Assembly (NCBI GenBank): GCA_964465205.1
Contig: CAYXJO010000005.1
Span: 4,552 to 68,551 of the forward strand
DNA length: 64,000 bases
Reading direction: 5' to 3'
Source: an uncultured Gammaproteobacteria bacterium
GTDB lineage: Bacteria; Patescibacteriota; Patescibacteriia; Magasanikbacterales; GWA2-37-8
Part shown: piece by piece, positions 1 to 8,134 of the stretch
Position numbering within the stretch: the first letter of the stretch is position 1
Layout of the letters: the number at the start of each line of letters is the position of its first letter
The notes under the pieces: generated by a model
Databases searched by the model: none
The model's input: only the letters and a program-made list of their open reading frames with translations
Told to the model about the DNA's origin: nothing
Translations under genes and position numbers: made by a program

Positions 1-484
1 TACCACCGAGTGCCTGAACCGCCTCAAAGATAGGAATATAGTCCCGATCATTCACCAAAAACACAATGTTAGTTGCTTTGCCACTGGCGACCAGCATCAA
101 CACATCACAGATTAACTTGCCGTCAAGACCTTTTTCAGAGCGGGCAAAATGATCTCTGTACTGAGGGCTCAATTTTTGCAATTCTTCATCCGGAACGGTT
201 TCTATCGGTTCGCCGCACTCCTTTATTTGCCAATGATTTTTCTTGCCGGGCTCATCTGCTTCCGGCACAACAAGCATCGTTTTTATACGATTGTCATTTT
301 GTTTAAAATAATAGACAATACGAATCGTAGAGCCAACCCAAAGAGACCATTTTCGCATCAGTGCTTCTGTAAGAAGAGATATGTTCAATTTCTTATCATG
401 ATATTCCGTGTGCGTTCTCCTTATTTCATGGATGCTTGAAAATAAATGCGAACCGTCAATTATAAAATATCCTCTGTTATCCAT
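1..484 (-). CDS. NYN-domain (PIN-like) nuclease family protein, partial (runs off left edge of window)
   Basis: Not in the ORF track because it has no stop in the window. Minus-strand translation from ATG (482-484) is open to position 1: MDNRGYFIIDGSHLF...GKLICDVLMLVASGKATNIVFLVNDRDYIPIFEAVQALGG, which matches the NYN/LabA-like pattern (acidic residues, SGD-DF). Starts 1 nt after the stop of the upstream gene (TAAtATG). Confidence 0.5.
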   Translation of the reverse strand, partial: MDNRGYFIIDGSHLFSSIHEIRRTHTEYHDKKLNISLLTEALMRKWSLWVGSTIRIVYYFKQNDNRIKTMLVVPEADEPGKKNHWQIKECGEPIETVPDEELQKLSPQYRDHFARSEKGLDGKLICDVLMLVASGKATNIVFLVNDRDYIPIFEAVQALGG

Positions 485-485
485 A

Positions 486-782
486 TTATCTTTCACCACA
501 AAGAGGGTGGTATTTAGTTCTAATTAACCTTTCAAGTAATAAACGAAAGTTTTGGTCATTGCTTATATAGATATAAAGGCCGGTTTCACCAACTCCATTT
601 CTATACCAACACGTTTTTCGTTCGTGGTTTGGTATTCGAGAATTTATGTCACCCGTTTCTCCAACATCTACAACCTGATTATTATTATTTACTAATACAT
701 AAACACAGCCAAAATTTTGATTAAATTTTTTTGTGTGATAGTATGGTCCGGAAAATTGGAACCCCTCAATTTGAATAGCCAT
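486..782 (-). CDS. GIY-YIG nuclease domain protein (stand-alone, 98 aa)
   Basis: CVYVLVNNNNQVVDVGETGDINSRIPNHERK matches the GIY-(x10)-YIG-T...R...H(E) spacing of the GIY-YIG catalytic module. Confidence 0.55.
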   Translation of the reverse strand: MAIQIEGFQFSGPYYHTKKFNQNFGCVYVLVNNNNQVVDVGETGDINSRIPNHERKTCWYRNGVGETGLYIYISNDQNFRLLLERLIRTKYHPLCGER

Positions 783-790
783 ATTATTTA

Positions 791-1231
791 TTAATCAAAA
801 AATGATATCAAACAGTCATTTTTTATTTTAATATCATGTTCCCAAAATCTGCATACTTTCCAACCATTCCTTTTTAAGAAAGCGGTTGTTTTTATGTCCC
901 TTCGTCTATTGTTTTCAATTTTATTCCGCCAAAAATCATTTTTTAATAAGTGCTTCCATCTTGGATACTGCCAACCGTGCCAAAAATCACTATCTAAAAA
1001 AATACAAATTTTTTGTTTTGAAAAAACTATATCTGGATTCCCTCGCATACCACGAACATGCGTTTGAAACTTTACCTTCGTTTTTTTACGCAATTCCTTA
1101 ATAAAATCAGTTTCAAATTTGGTATTTTTTGAACGAATATGCGACATCAGCGATGATCTCTTTTTTGTCGAAAGTTTATCCGGCCTCCTCTTGGATTTGA
1201 AATTTCTGCCAAGATAATTTTTAATTACCAT
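791..1231 (-). CDS. vsr: Very-short-patch-repair (Vsr) DNA mismatch endonuclease
   Basis: MSHIRSKNTKFE...GNPDIVF...IFLDSDFWHGW...FWRNKIENNRRRD...GWKV..FWEH aligns motif-for-motif with E. coli Vsr (RSKNMR, PDFV, GCFWH, FW..KI..N..RD, GW.V..WE). Start chosen at M18 (1231), giving a TAAtATG junction with the upstream gene. Confidence 0.8.
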   Translation of the reverse strand: MVIKNYLGRNFKSKRRPDKLSTKKRSSLMSHIRSKNTKFETDFIKELRKKTKVKFQTHVRGMRGNPDIVFSKQKICIFLDSDFWHGWQYPRWKHLLKNDFWRNKIENNRRRDIKTTAFLKRNGWKVCRFWEHDIKIKNDCLISFFD

Positions 1232-1232
1232 A

Positions 1233-2264
1233 TTATAATCCCAAATGGAACACTTCGGAAGGTAAACAGCCGTCAAAATCATTCTTTTTATCGATCAAAT
1301 CCAACCACTGCTTTAATCTATTGGTGTTCACTTTGTCCACACGCCAATAATAGGCTAACTTTGCCGGATCTAAGGTGTTAATGGTGGATTTTATGTCTCC
1401 AGCGTATTCTTTGAGGTGATGCAAAATTCTTGGCACTGTTATTTTGCGTTTTCCAATTTTTACATTCTGTTGACCGCCGGCCGTGAAAGTATCTCGAATA
1501 TTCGAACTGACGGCGCCGTAGTTCGTGACTAGATACGAAGCCACTCTTTCAAATTTTAACGAGCTGGATCCAAAAATTTCAGGAAATAATATCATGCTCT
1601 CTAAAATAAATTTTGTCTTTTCTTTCTCGCTAAATTTACTAAAAGGTCGAATTATTGGATTCGCAGCGGCATCCGGCTGATCAATCCACCATAGTTCTTC
1701 ACCGTCGGTTAATTGTTTGCGATAATAATCCTTAATTCTTTGAATCGGATTTTCTTCTTTTCTTAGCGTGTCATAATCCACGCCTATCTTATTAAAAATC
1801 GACTGTCCATTCGCCAAATCCATGTTGATTTTGTAGCGAGGTGAGTGTGTCACGCCTACATCGCATAAACAGTCCTGGTATAGTCGGTATTTAATGTCGA
1901 AACCACCACCAAACTTACCGAAAAACATAAAAATTTTTTCGACCCCGTCTACCCGCGTGGTTTCTAAAACACTATTACCGGTTGACATCCACTTATCGTC
2001 TGTGGTCGCCTTAACTTCGGTCCCGAAAAATTTTTTCGCTATTATGTCAGGGAATGTCTGTGGGCCCGTTTGAACAACATCCCCCGCGAAAGCCGTGCCC
2101 TTAGATGCCTTTAACATCATCTGAAAGGTTAGATTTTCAAATTCCACTCCACCCATTTTCTTTATGGAGTTTTGTTGAATGTCCTTGACGCACAAATTTT
2201 TAGTGACTGATAGCAAACTAACAAAATCACTTTCTTTGATTTGGCCATTTTTAACGTAAATCAT
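1233..2264 (-). CDS. Putative PD-(D/E)xK type II restriction endonuclease (cognate R of the downstream/upstream Dcm-type MTase)
   Basis: 343-aa protein with no recognisable family. Contains FPDIIAKKFFGTEVK (PD...ExK spacing typical of the restriction-endonuclease fold). Sits between a C5-MTase and Vsr in one operon, which is the classic R position. Confidence 0.4.
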   Translation of the reverse strand: MIYVKNGQIKESDFVSLLSVTKNLCVKDIQQNSIKKMGGVEFENLTFQMMLKASKGTAFAGDVVQTGPQTFPDIIAKKFFGTEVKATTDDKWMSTGNSVLETTRVDGVEKIFMFFGKFGGGFDIKYRLYQDCLCDVGVTHSPRYKINMDLANGQSIFNKIGVDYDTLRKEENPIQRIKDYYRKQLTDGEELWWIDQPDAAANPIIRPFSKFSEKEKTKFILESMILFPEIFGSSSLKFERVASYLVTNYGAVSSNIRDTFTAGGQQNVKIGKRKITVPRILHHLKEYAGDIKSTINTLDPAKLAYYWRVDKVNTNRLKQWLDLIDKKNDFDGCLPSEVFHLGL

Positions 2265-2271
2265 ACTGCGA

Positions 2272-4029
2272 TTATTTTAAATTTTCATCTAAAAATTTTT
2301 CTATGGACGCGGCAACGTGCCAAGCCAAAACTGGCGGCACGGCGTTTCCGATTTGTTTGTAAGCTGCCGAGGTGGAGGGATAAAACACAAAATCATCGGG
2401 AAAAGACTGGATTCGCGCCGCTTCTCTAGCTGACAGTCTTCTTTTACCGTTCCAGTGATACTCTATATTGCCGTGATGTTCAGTGCGCATTGTTGGGCCG
2501 GGTTTATCGGGGGAAACCGTGTTGTTACCTTGTCCATTATTTTTTATCGCTTTGGACCAAAAATGATTAGGAGCGGCGCCCTCTTTCACCTTTTCTAGAT
2601 CACCGATGGCTTGTTTGAGTGGCACCCAATTATCTTTTGTTAGTATGGGATCTGGATGACTAAATGGCGGAAGTTTACTTTTGAGCGTGCCGACAATAAT
2701 AACCCTCTGCCTAATCTGTGGCACGCCGTAGTCGGCGGCGGTAAGTAATTTATATACCACATGGTACCCTAAGGCCGCAAAATCCTTTACAATTGTTTCG
2801 ATGGCCGCGCCGTCGTTCATTGTTAAAAGTCCACGAACATTTTCGGCGACAAAAAGCACCGGTTTCGTTCTTCGGATAACTTCAATCATGCTTTGATACA
2901 AAAGACCACGTTTGCTGTTAAAACCTTTGCGCTTGCCGGCGTGGCTAAAATCCTGACACGGGAATCCACCCAAAACAATGTCAACTTTCGGCGGAATCGG
3001 TTTATCTAACGAGGAAACCTTTTTGTTATCAAGAATTTGTCTAATATCACCACACACGATCGGGTGTTTGAAGTATCTTTGATAAGTAACGCAAGCGTGT
3101 TCGTCAAAATCGTTAGCCCAAACGATTTCAAATTTATTTGCTTTGTATTTTTTGCCCAAAGAATTAAATCCTCCGGTAAAGCCTAGGTCCAACCCGCCGC
3201 AACCGGCGAACAATGACGCAACTGTGTATTTGTTTTGAATATTATTTTTCATAATTAAATTTTCGTAATTTCCATAAATGTTTGCTTGGTGAGTGTCCAC
3301 CAACACATCGAATAATGTTGATAGTTGGCCTTCAGCTAAATACTTGACATTGTTAAAATCCGCGCCGTTTTTCGCCCCCAAAACGCTATGAGCGTTTTTA
3401 TCTCCTATTATTATAAAGTCCAAAACATTAATACCCATTGTTTTGCCGGCGGTGACGATCTCGCTGGCAATTTGTTCATCTTGGACGCTTGGCGTTGGAT
3501 CGCCCGACGGATGATTATGTAACAATATAACGCTGGCCGCTCTAAGTTCCAAAGCGGGCGCGAAAACGTCACGGGGGTGAATTATACTTCGATCTAAAGT
3601 GCCGACCGAAATAATTTCTTTTTTAATCAGCGCGCAACGAGCGTTTAAATATAAACAAATTAAATGCTCTTGTTTTTTATCTCTTAAATCTGACGCCATG
3701 GCGACTGCGTCGCCGGGCGACAATATAATTTTTTCCAAAATATTCTGTTTATCAAAATATCTTTTCGCCAAGGATAGCATGGCTGTTATTTGTAAGGCTT
3801 TAGCCTGGCCAATACCTTTGATTTGTTTGAGGTCGTCAACCGTTGCGTTTAGAAGATTGCCACCAAATTTATTAACAATCTTTTGCGCCAAAACTTTCAC
3901 ATTAACGCCTTTAATTCCATTGCCCAAAACAATCGCTAACAGCTCCGCGTCAATTAAGGCGTCGGGGCCTTTCTCTAAAAATTTTTCTCGAGGCCGTTCA
4001 AATTTAGGAGTATCCTTTATCTTTACCAT
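2272..4029 (-). CDS. Fusion protein: N-terminal RadC-like (HhH + JAB/MPN) domain, C-terminal C5-cytosine DNA methyltransferase (Dcm-type)
   Basis: N-terminal ELLAIVLGNGIKGVNV...LLHNHPSGDPTPS (RadC/UPF0758 JAMM motif HNHPSG). C-terminal FAGCGGLDLGF (motif I), GGFPCQDFSHAGKRKG (motif IV PCQ), FVAENVRGL (motif VI ENV), QIRQRVIIVG (VIII) and IGNAVPPVLA (X). Single uninterrupted 585-aa ORF. Confidence 0.8.
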   Translation of the reverse strand: MVKIKDTPKFERPREKFLEKGPDALIDAELLAIVLGNGIKGVNVKVLAQKIVNKFGGNLLNATVDDLKQIKGIGQAKALQITAMLSLAKRYFDKQNILEKIILSPGDAVAMASDLRDKKQEHLICLYLNARCALIKKEIISVGTLDRSIIHPRDVFAPALELRAASVILLHNHPSGDPTPSVQDEQIASEIVTAGKTMGINVLDFIIIGDKNAHSVLGAKNGADFNNVKYLAEGQLSTLFDVLVDTHQANIYGNYENLIMKNNIQNKYTVASLFAGCGGLDLGFTGGFNSLGKKYKANKFEIVWANDFDEHACVTYQRYFKHPIVCGDIRQILDNKKVSSLDKPIPPKVDIVLGGFPCQDFSHAGKRKGFNSKRGLLYQSMIEVIRRTKPVLFVAENVRGLLTMNDGAAIETIVKDFAALGYHVVYKLLTAADYGVPQIRQRVIIVGTLKSKLPPFSHPDPILTKDNWVPLKQAIGDLEKVKEGAAPNHFWSKAIKNNGQGNNTVSPDKPGPTMRTEHHGNIEYHWNGKRRLSAREAARIQSFPDDFVFYPSTSAAYKQIGNAVPPVLAWHVAASIEKFLDENLK

Positions 4030-4030
4030 A

Positions 4031-4255
4031 TCATTTGATCAATTCATCAATACTAATTTCCAACCCGGCCGCAATTTTCACGACGGTTTGTATAGATGGC
4101 TTGGTGATAACATTCGATTCAATTTTTGTGAGCGTGGCGTATGGAATATCACATTTCCGCGCCAGTTTATCCTGCGTCAAACCCTGCTTCATGCGCAGTT
4201 TTTGAATCTTATCCCCAACTGTCTCTTGTTTGTTTTTACTTTTTCCACTATCCAT
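4031..4255 (-). CDS. HTH XRE-family transcriptional regulator (controller/C-protein-like)
   Basis: 74 aa, LRMKQGLTQDKLARKCDIPYATLTKIESN is a canonical Cro/C1 HTH. First gene of the operon, 1 nt upstream of the MTase ATG. Confidence 0.7.
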   Translation of the reverse strand: MDSGKSKNKQETVGDKIQKLRMKQGLTQDKLARKCDIPYATLTKIESNVITKPSIQTVVKIAAGLEISIDELIK

Positions 4256-4308
4256 AGTATAATAGTATAATAGTATAGTTAGGAAAGCATATGTCGGTTC
4301 CCAACCGA
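4256..4308 (-). promoter_or_regulatory. Operon control region: 2.5 tandem copies of AGTATAAT (minus strand ATTATACT, -10-like) abutting the C-gene ATG, plus palindrome TCGGTTcccAACCGA (4294-4308)
   Basis: Direct read of sequence. A candidate C-protein operator or promoter for the minus-strand operon. Confidence 0.35.
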
Positions 4309-4554
4309 TAATATTCTATCACGATTCGCCAAACCAATCAACAAAGAAAAGTTTGCTTTTGGCCAACATAAAGTTCGAGCCGACATTTTTACGGGTTCTT
4401 TGGCGGTTTTTACCCGCCGGAGCCCTCGTTTGTCCGGCGCGGGCGGAAGGAAGGGGTGTGGGGAGGGAATTCCGCCCGCGCGCCCCTAAATTTCGTCCAA
4501 ATCCGTTCGTATTTTTTCGTAAGTGGTGAGCCAGTCAGGACAAGTGGGGTTTTC

Positions 4555-4602
4555 GGCGATTACGCGCCAGCCCCTTTTGGCCAAACAATCGAATTTTTTG
4601 TC
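4555..4602. repeat. Left copy of a perfect 48-bp inverted repeat (GGCGATTACGCGCCAGCCCCTTTTGGCCAAACAATCGAATTTTTTGTC)
   Basis: Exact reverse complement of 6021-6068. The imperfect match extends about 10 bp further outward (GGGGTTTTC / GAAACGGCCCC). Confidence 0.9.
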
Positions 4603-4655
4603 TTGTCCCGCCACGGCGGGACGCCAAAAGCAAACTTTTCTTAATCGTTATCAAT

Positions 4656-6131
4656 ATGTTCAAATATTTTCTCTACGCTCGCAAGTCAACAGACGAGGAA
4701 GACCGTCAGGTTTTGTCCATCGAGGCCCAACTCGACGAACTCAAAGAATTTGCCGTTAAAGAAAAACTGGAAATCGTCGCCTCGTTTCACGAGGCAAAAA
4801 CCGCCAAAGAACCCGGCCGTAATATATTCGGCGAAATGTTATCGCGAATTTCCGCCGGCGAAGCCAACGGTATTTTAGCTTGGCATCCTGATCGGCTTGC
4901 CCGCAATCCGATTGACGGTGGGCAAGTGATTTACATGGTTGATACCGGAAAAATAAATTCCCTCAAATTTCCGACCTTTTGGTTCGAAGACACTCCACAG
5001 GGCAAGTTTATGCTTAACATTGCTTTCGGGCAGAGCAAATACTTCATAGATAACCTATCGGAGAATGTAAAGCGCGGGCTACGCCAAAAACTTCGCCGAG
5101 GAGAATGGCCGGGCTGGGCCCCGATAGGTTATCTAAATGATTTACGGACTCACACCATAATCGTGGACAAAGAAAAACATAAACTTGTAAAAAGGATTTT
5201 TGAAATGTACGCGACCAGCAATTATGGTTTAAGGGAACTGGCGGGCATTGCCAATAACTATGGATTGGTAAGCCAAACAAACAAAAAGATGTCGGGCAGT
5301 ATGATCCAGCACATTTTACAAAATCCTTTTTACTGCGGAGTGTTCCGTTTTAACGGCGAACTGCACGAGGCCAAACACGAGCCGATTATTACCAAGAAAC
5401 TTTTTGAAGAAGTAAAAAATGTCCTTTTGCGCCGTGGCCGTCCGCATAAAAAGAAAAAGCACGAATATATTTTCACCGGTTTAATTAAATGCGGGGTTTG
5501 CGGGTGTTATATCACGGCCGAACGGCAAAAAGGACATATCTATTATCGCTGTACCAAAAAGAAAAGCGTTTGCGATGAAAAATATGTCCGCGAGGAAGAC
5601 ATAACCGAACAAATAAAACAATTTCTTCAAAAAGTTTCTTTACCCGACGATTGGGCCGAAAAAATGTTGAATAAAATTGAGCAAGATAAAAATAACGAGG
5701 CCCAATCTAACGGTGCCCTTGTTCAATCGTGCCAAGACGAGGTACAAATAATTGATCAAAAATTAGACAAACTTTTGGACTCTCATTTGGATGGCACGAT
5801 TGAGAAGCAAATCTATATCAAAAAGAAAGAAGTTTTTATTAACAGAAAACTAACTTTAGAGGGTAAGGTCAAAGAATTTTTGAACAAGGGCGCTAATCGG
5901 CTCGAACCGGTGAGGGAATTTATTTTATCCAATATTAAAGCCAAAAAAACCGCCTTGGCGGGCGATTTGGCGGAAATTCGCGAATCATTACAAAATGTCG
6001 GCTCGAACTTTATGTTGAAAGACAAAAAATTCGATTGTTTGGCCAAAAGGGGCTGGCGCGTAATCGCCGAAACGGCCCCACATTCGACGTGGCTCCCAGG
6101 GTCGGATTCGAACCGACGACCAACTCGTTAA
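4656..6131 (+). CDS. Large serine recombinase (resolvase/invertase catalytic domain + recombinase domain + zinc ribbon)
   Basis: N-terminal YARKSTDEEDRQ...SIEAQ (catalytic Ser motif), GILAWHPDRLARN, C-terminal Cys cluster CGVCGC...YYRC. 491 aa. The last ~14 codons are read-through into the antisense strand of the tRNA. Confidence 0.85.
   Translation: MFKYFLYARKSTDEEDRQVLSIEAQLDELKEFAVKEKLEIVASFHEAKTAKEPGRNIFGEMLSRISAGEANGILAWHPDRLARNPIDGGQVIYMVDTGKINSLKFPTFWFEDTPQGKFMLNIAFGQSKYFIDNLSENVKRGLRQKLRRGEWPGWAPIGYLNDLRTHTIIVDKEKHKLVKRIFEMYATSNYGLRELAGIANNYGLVSQTNKKMSGSMIQHILQNPFYCGVFRFNGELHEAKHEPIITKKLFEEVKNVLLRRGRPHKKKKHEYIFTGLIKCGVCGCYITAERQKGHIYYRCTKKKSVCDEKYVREEDITEQIKQFLQKVSLPDDWAEKMLNKIEQDKNNEAQSNGALVQSCQDEVQIIDQKLDKLLDSHLDGTIEKQIYIKKKEVFINRKLTLEGKVKEFLNKGANRLEPVREFILSNIKAKKTALAGDLAEIRESLQNVGSNFMLKDKKFDCLAKRGWRVIAETAPHSTWLPGSDSNRRPTR
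6021..6068. repeat. Right copy of the 48-bp inverted repeat, inside the 3-prime end of the recombinase ORF and 22 bp from the tRNA-Asn 3-prime end
   Basis: Exact reverse complement of 4555-4602. Confidence 0.9.
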
Positions 6132-6164
6132 CAGCGAGCTGCGCTACCGCTGCGCTACCTGGGA
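6090..6164 (-). tRNA. tRNA-Asn (anticodon GUU), 75 nt with encoded CCA
   Basis: Hand-folded: acceptor TCCCAGG/CCTGGGA, D stem GCGC/GCGC, anticodon stem GCTCG/CGAGT with loop CTGTTAA, T arm GTCGG-TTCGAAT-CCGAC, discriminator G, CCA. Confidence 0.85.
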
Positions 6165-6176
6165 ATTTGTGAAAAT

Positions 6177-6205
6177 ATTATACTATGAGTATTGTAAACT
6201 GTCAA
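6177..6205 (-). promoter_or_regulatory. Sigma70-type promoter for tRNA-Asn (TTGACA-17-TATAAT on minus strand)
   Basis: Minus-strand TTGACAgtttacaatactcatagTATAAT ends about 12 nt before the tRNA 5-prime end. Confidence 0.6.
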
Positions 6206-6530
6206 CAGGGAGTTATTAAAATATATTAAACTGCTAAAGATGTTGTTGTCAAGTTTGTTTATTTTAGTATTTTTTTTGTTTCCATTTTAACGTGAGATAA
6301 AAATGGCTAAGTCTAGCATTAAATAAGCCGCTTTGTCGGATTTATCCACAGATTTATTTGACACTGTTCTAGTGAGTATGTTAACGTTAATGCATATGAA
6401 TTTGTCCCAGCAAAAAAATAGTAAAAGTTTAATTCAGATTTGGATGTTGATTAGCAACGTCATGTTTTATGCGTTGTTTTTTTGGTGGGGTGAAGATGAT
6501 TTTGTGAAAGCGTAATTTTGTAAAGTCATA

Positions 6531-6570
6531 ATCACCCCACCGCAAGTGGGGTGATTTAATTTGTTCTTTA
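6531..6570 (+). terminator. Hairpin ATCACCCCAC-cgcaa-GTGGGGTGAT followed by a T-rich tract
   Basis: Perfect 10-bp stem with a 5-nt loop, then TTTAATTTGTTCTTT. Confidence 0.5.
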
Positions 6571-6725
6571 AATTTAATTTGATCAGTGCTATTGGTGCGA
6601 TTGTTATCACGGAACACCCTTTTTGGATAGAACATGTTTGTCTCCAACAAAGGTGTTCCGTCTAATTGCATGCAATAACCTAGGCGGATCATATCCGGGA
6701 TCAAAAACAAAACAGGAGTACGTAC

Positions 6726-8111
6726 ATGAACGTCGAATTGCACTCTCTCTTCACTCCGCATAATGCCGAAACCAAAAATCTGGGCCCGACGATTGATCGC
6801 AAGATTCAATCTTCGGTGATGTTGTGTCACACCTTGCCAGACTACCAGGTGGTTTATCCTCAAGCCGTGGTGCAGGCACTGTGCGAATTGTACACCGAGT
6901 ACAATCTCGCCTTCCGCAAACTGGTTGAAGCCAATAGAGAATGGTCCGACGACTACCACCACTTGATGTACGGTCCCGATTGCACCCCGGTGAACTTCGC
7001 TGTCCAGATCGACATGTTGGGGTTGCCGGAGTGGTTTCTGCAAGAGGCGACGACTATGCCCGTCAACCTGTTGCGCGAACTGTTGCGCGGTACGGTGTTC
7101 GAGATCGAAAACTCCTTGGCCATGTACCAACTGCTCGAACGTACTTGTGCCAATGGCGATGGCCCGTCGTACTTCCAGCCGCGTTTTCGTCAGGCGTTGG
7201 ACGAGTTGCGCCGGCGCCACGGTAAGCCCATCGCGTTACTGGCTGTAACCCAGCAAAAGTATCAAGCGATGCGTGAGTCCGAATTTGGCAAGCAGGATGG
7301 AGACGCGCTGTCGAACCAAGAAGTTCGTGATCTGTCCGGATTCGATTACTTCTTTGGTCCTGATGAATTCCGCCACCATGTCCAAGAGAAGGGTGGATGC
7401 GAATTCATGCTGTACGTGCGTTCATCCGATCCGGTGGCCAAACTCAAGAAACCCAAATTGAGCGTCGATCATCCGCTCCTGGGCGACGCACAAATGCGCC
7501 GTGTCATCAAAGCGAACGCGATCACGTTCAATGTGGATGCTCCGGAAATGCAATACCCGCAACGCATCAACGACACCAAAGAATACATGGGTCCGCTCGG
7601 CATGGGGTACGAAATCAGCCGTGTAGAAGACCTTATGTCCGGTGAAGTGTGCGAACACCTGGCCACCAGCCATTCGTTCGAAGAATATCATGGCCAACGT
7701 TTGTCCGACGGGTTTGCTCAATACCTGGCGCGTCGTGGAATGCCGATGCAAGCAATCGAATCCGGTTCTGTCCACTTGCGGGCCAAACCGGCCAAGGGTA
7801 CTTACGGTTGCTACGGCCATGTGCGCGGCCCCTTGTCCAGCGGCGCCAAATTCCGCAAAGATTTGGCTTACGAATTGAGGCAACGAGGTGGTACATACGT
7901 GGTGCAGCCGGAAATGACCACGCCGCAGATCGTCAATACCAAAGACGGCGTCACGTACACGTACATCGATCGCAATTTTCTCGCCTTTACCAATGGCCAT
8001 CCGGTTTTCCTCGGCGGCTTCCGTTCGATGTTGCCGGTGGACACCAACGAGGCCCACAAGGGTCGAGTGCATGGTAATCGCGACACGGTCTGGGCGGAAA
8101 TCGTAGCCTAG
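6726..8111 (+). CDS. GC-rich ORFan, possible ATP-grasp-like enzyme (461 aa)
   Basis: Composition is far GC-richer than its flanks (by eye mid-50s % versus ~40%). Strong RBS AACAGGAG before the ATG. C-terminal AKPAKGTYGCYGHV...YVVQPEM...NGHP resembles the K-P-x-x-G-s-x-G-x-G-V / Q-E ATP-grasp signature. The overlapping antisense ORFs are GC-driven shadows. Confidence 0.45.
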   Translation: MNVELHSLFTPHNAETKNLGPTIDRKIQSSVMLCHTLPDYQVVYPQAVVQALCELYTEYNLAFRKLVEANREWSDDYHHLMYGPDCTPVNFAVQIDMLGLPEWFLQEATTMPVNLLRELLRGTVFEIENSLAMYQLLERTCANGDGPSYFQPRFRQALDELRRRHGKPIALLAVTQQKYQAMRESEFGKQDGDALSNQEVRDLSGFDYFFGPDEFRHHVQEKGGCEFMLYVRSSDPVAKLKKPKLSVDHPLLGDAQMRRVIKANAITFNVDAPEMQYPQRINDTKEYMGPLGMGYEISRVEDLMSGEVCEHLATSHSFEEYHGQRLSDGFAQYLARRGMPMQAIESGSVHLRAKPAKGTYGCYGHVRGPLSSGAKFRKDLAYELRQRGGTYVVQPEMTTPQIVNTKDGVTYTYIDRNFLAFTNGHPVFLGGFRSMLPVDTNEAHKGRVHGNRDTVWAEIVA

Positions 8112-8134
8112 ACCACAGATAGCACCTATCAAAC

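Noticed and set aside
73-439. Plus-strand ORFs 73-306 and 149-439
   Set aside because: Antisense to a much more plausible minus-strand NYN-domain ORF that is open to the window edge; Cys/Phe-rich junk translation.
1233-1282. Longer Vsr start at 1282 overlapping the upstream gene by 50 nt
   Set aside because: M18 at 1231 gives the same TAAtATG coupling seen at two other junctions in the operon, and the conserved Vsr N-terminal motif (RSKNT) begins downstream of it.
4456-4759. ORFs 4456-4644 and 4523-4759 upstream of or overlapping the recombinase start
   Set aside because: They lie in the GC-rich hairpin/repeat region and have no RBS. The second overlaps the recombinase in another frame.
6090-6131. 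Possibility that the recombinase C-terminus encoded by tRNA-antisense sequence (…WLPGSDSNRRPTR) is a functional fusion
   Set aside because: More parsimonious that the ORF simply runs on to the first stop after insertion next to the tRNA; these residues are a translation of the antisense tRNA.
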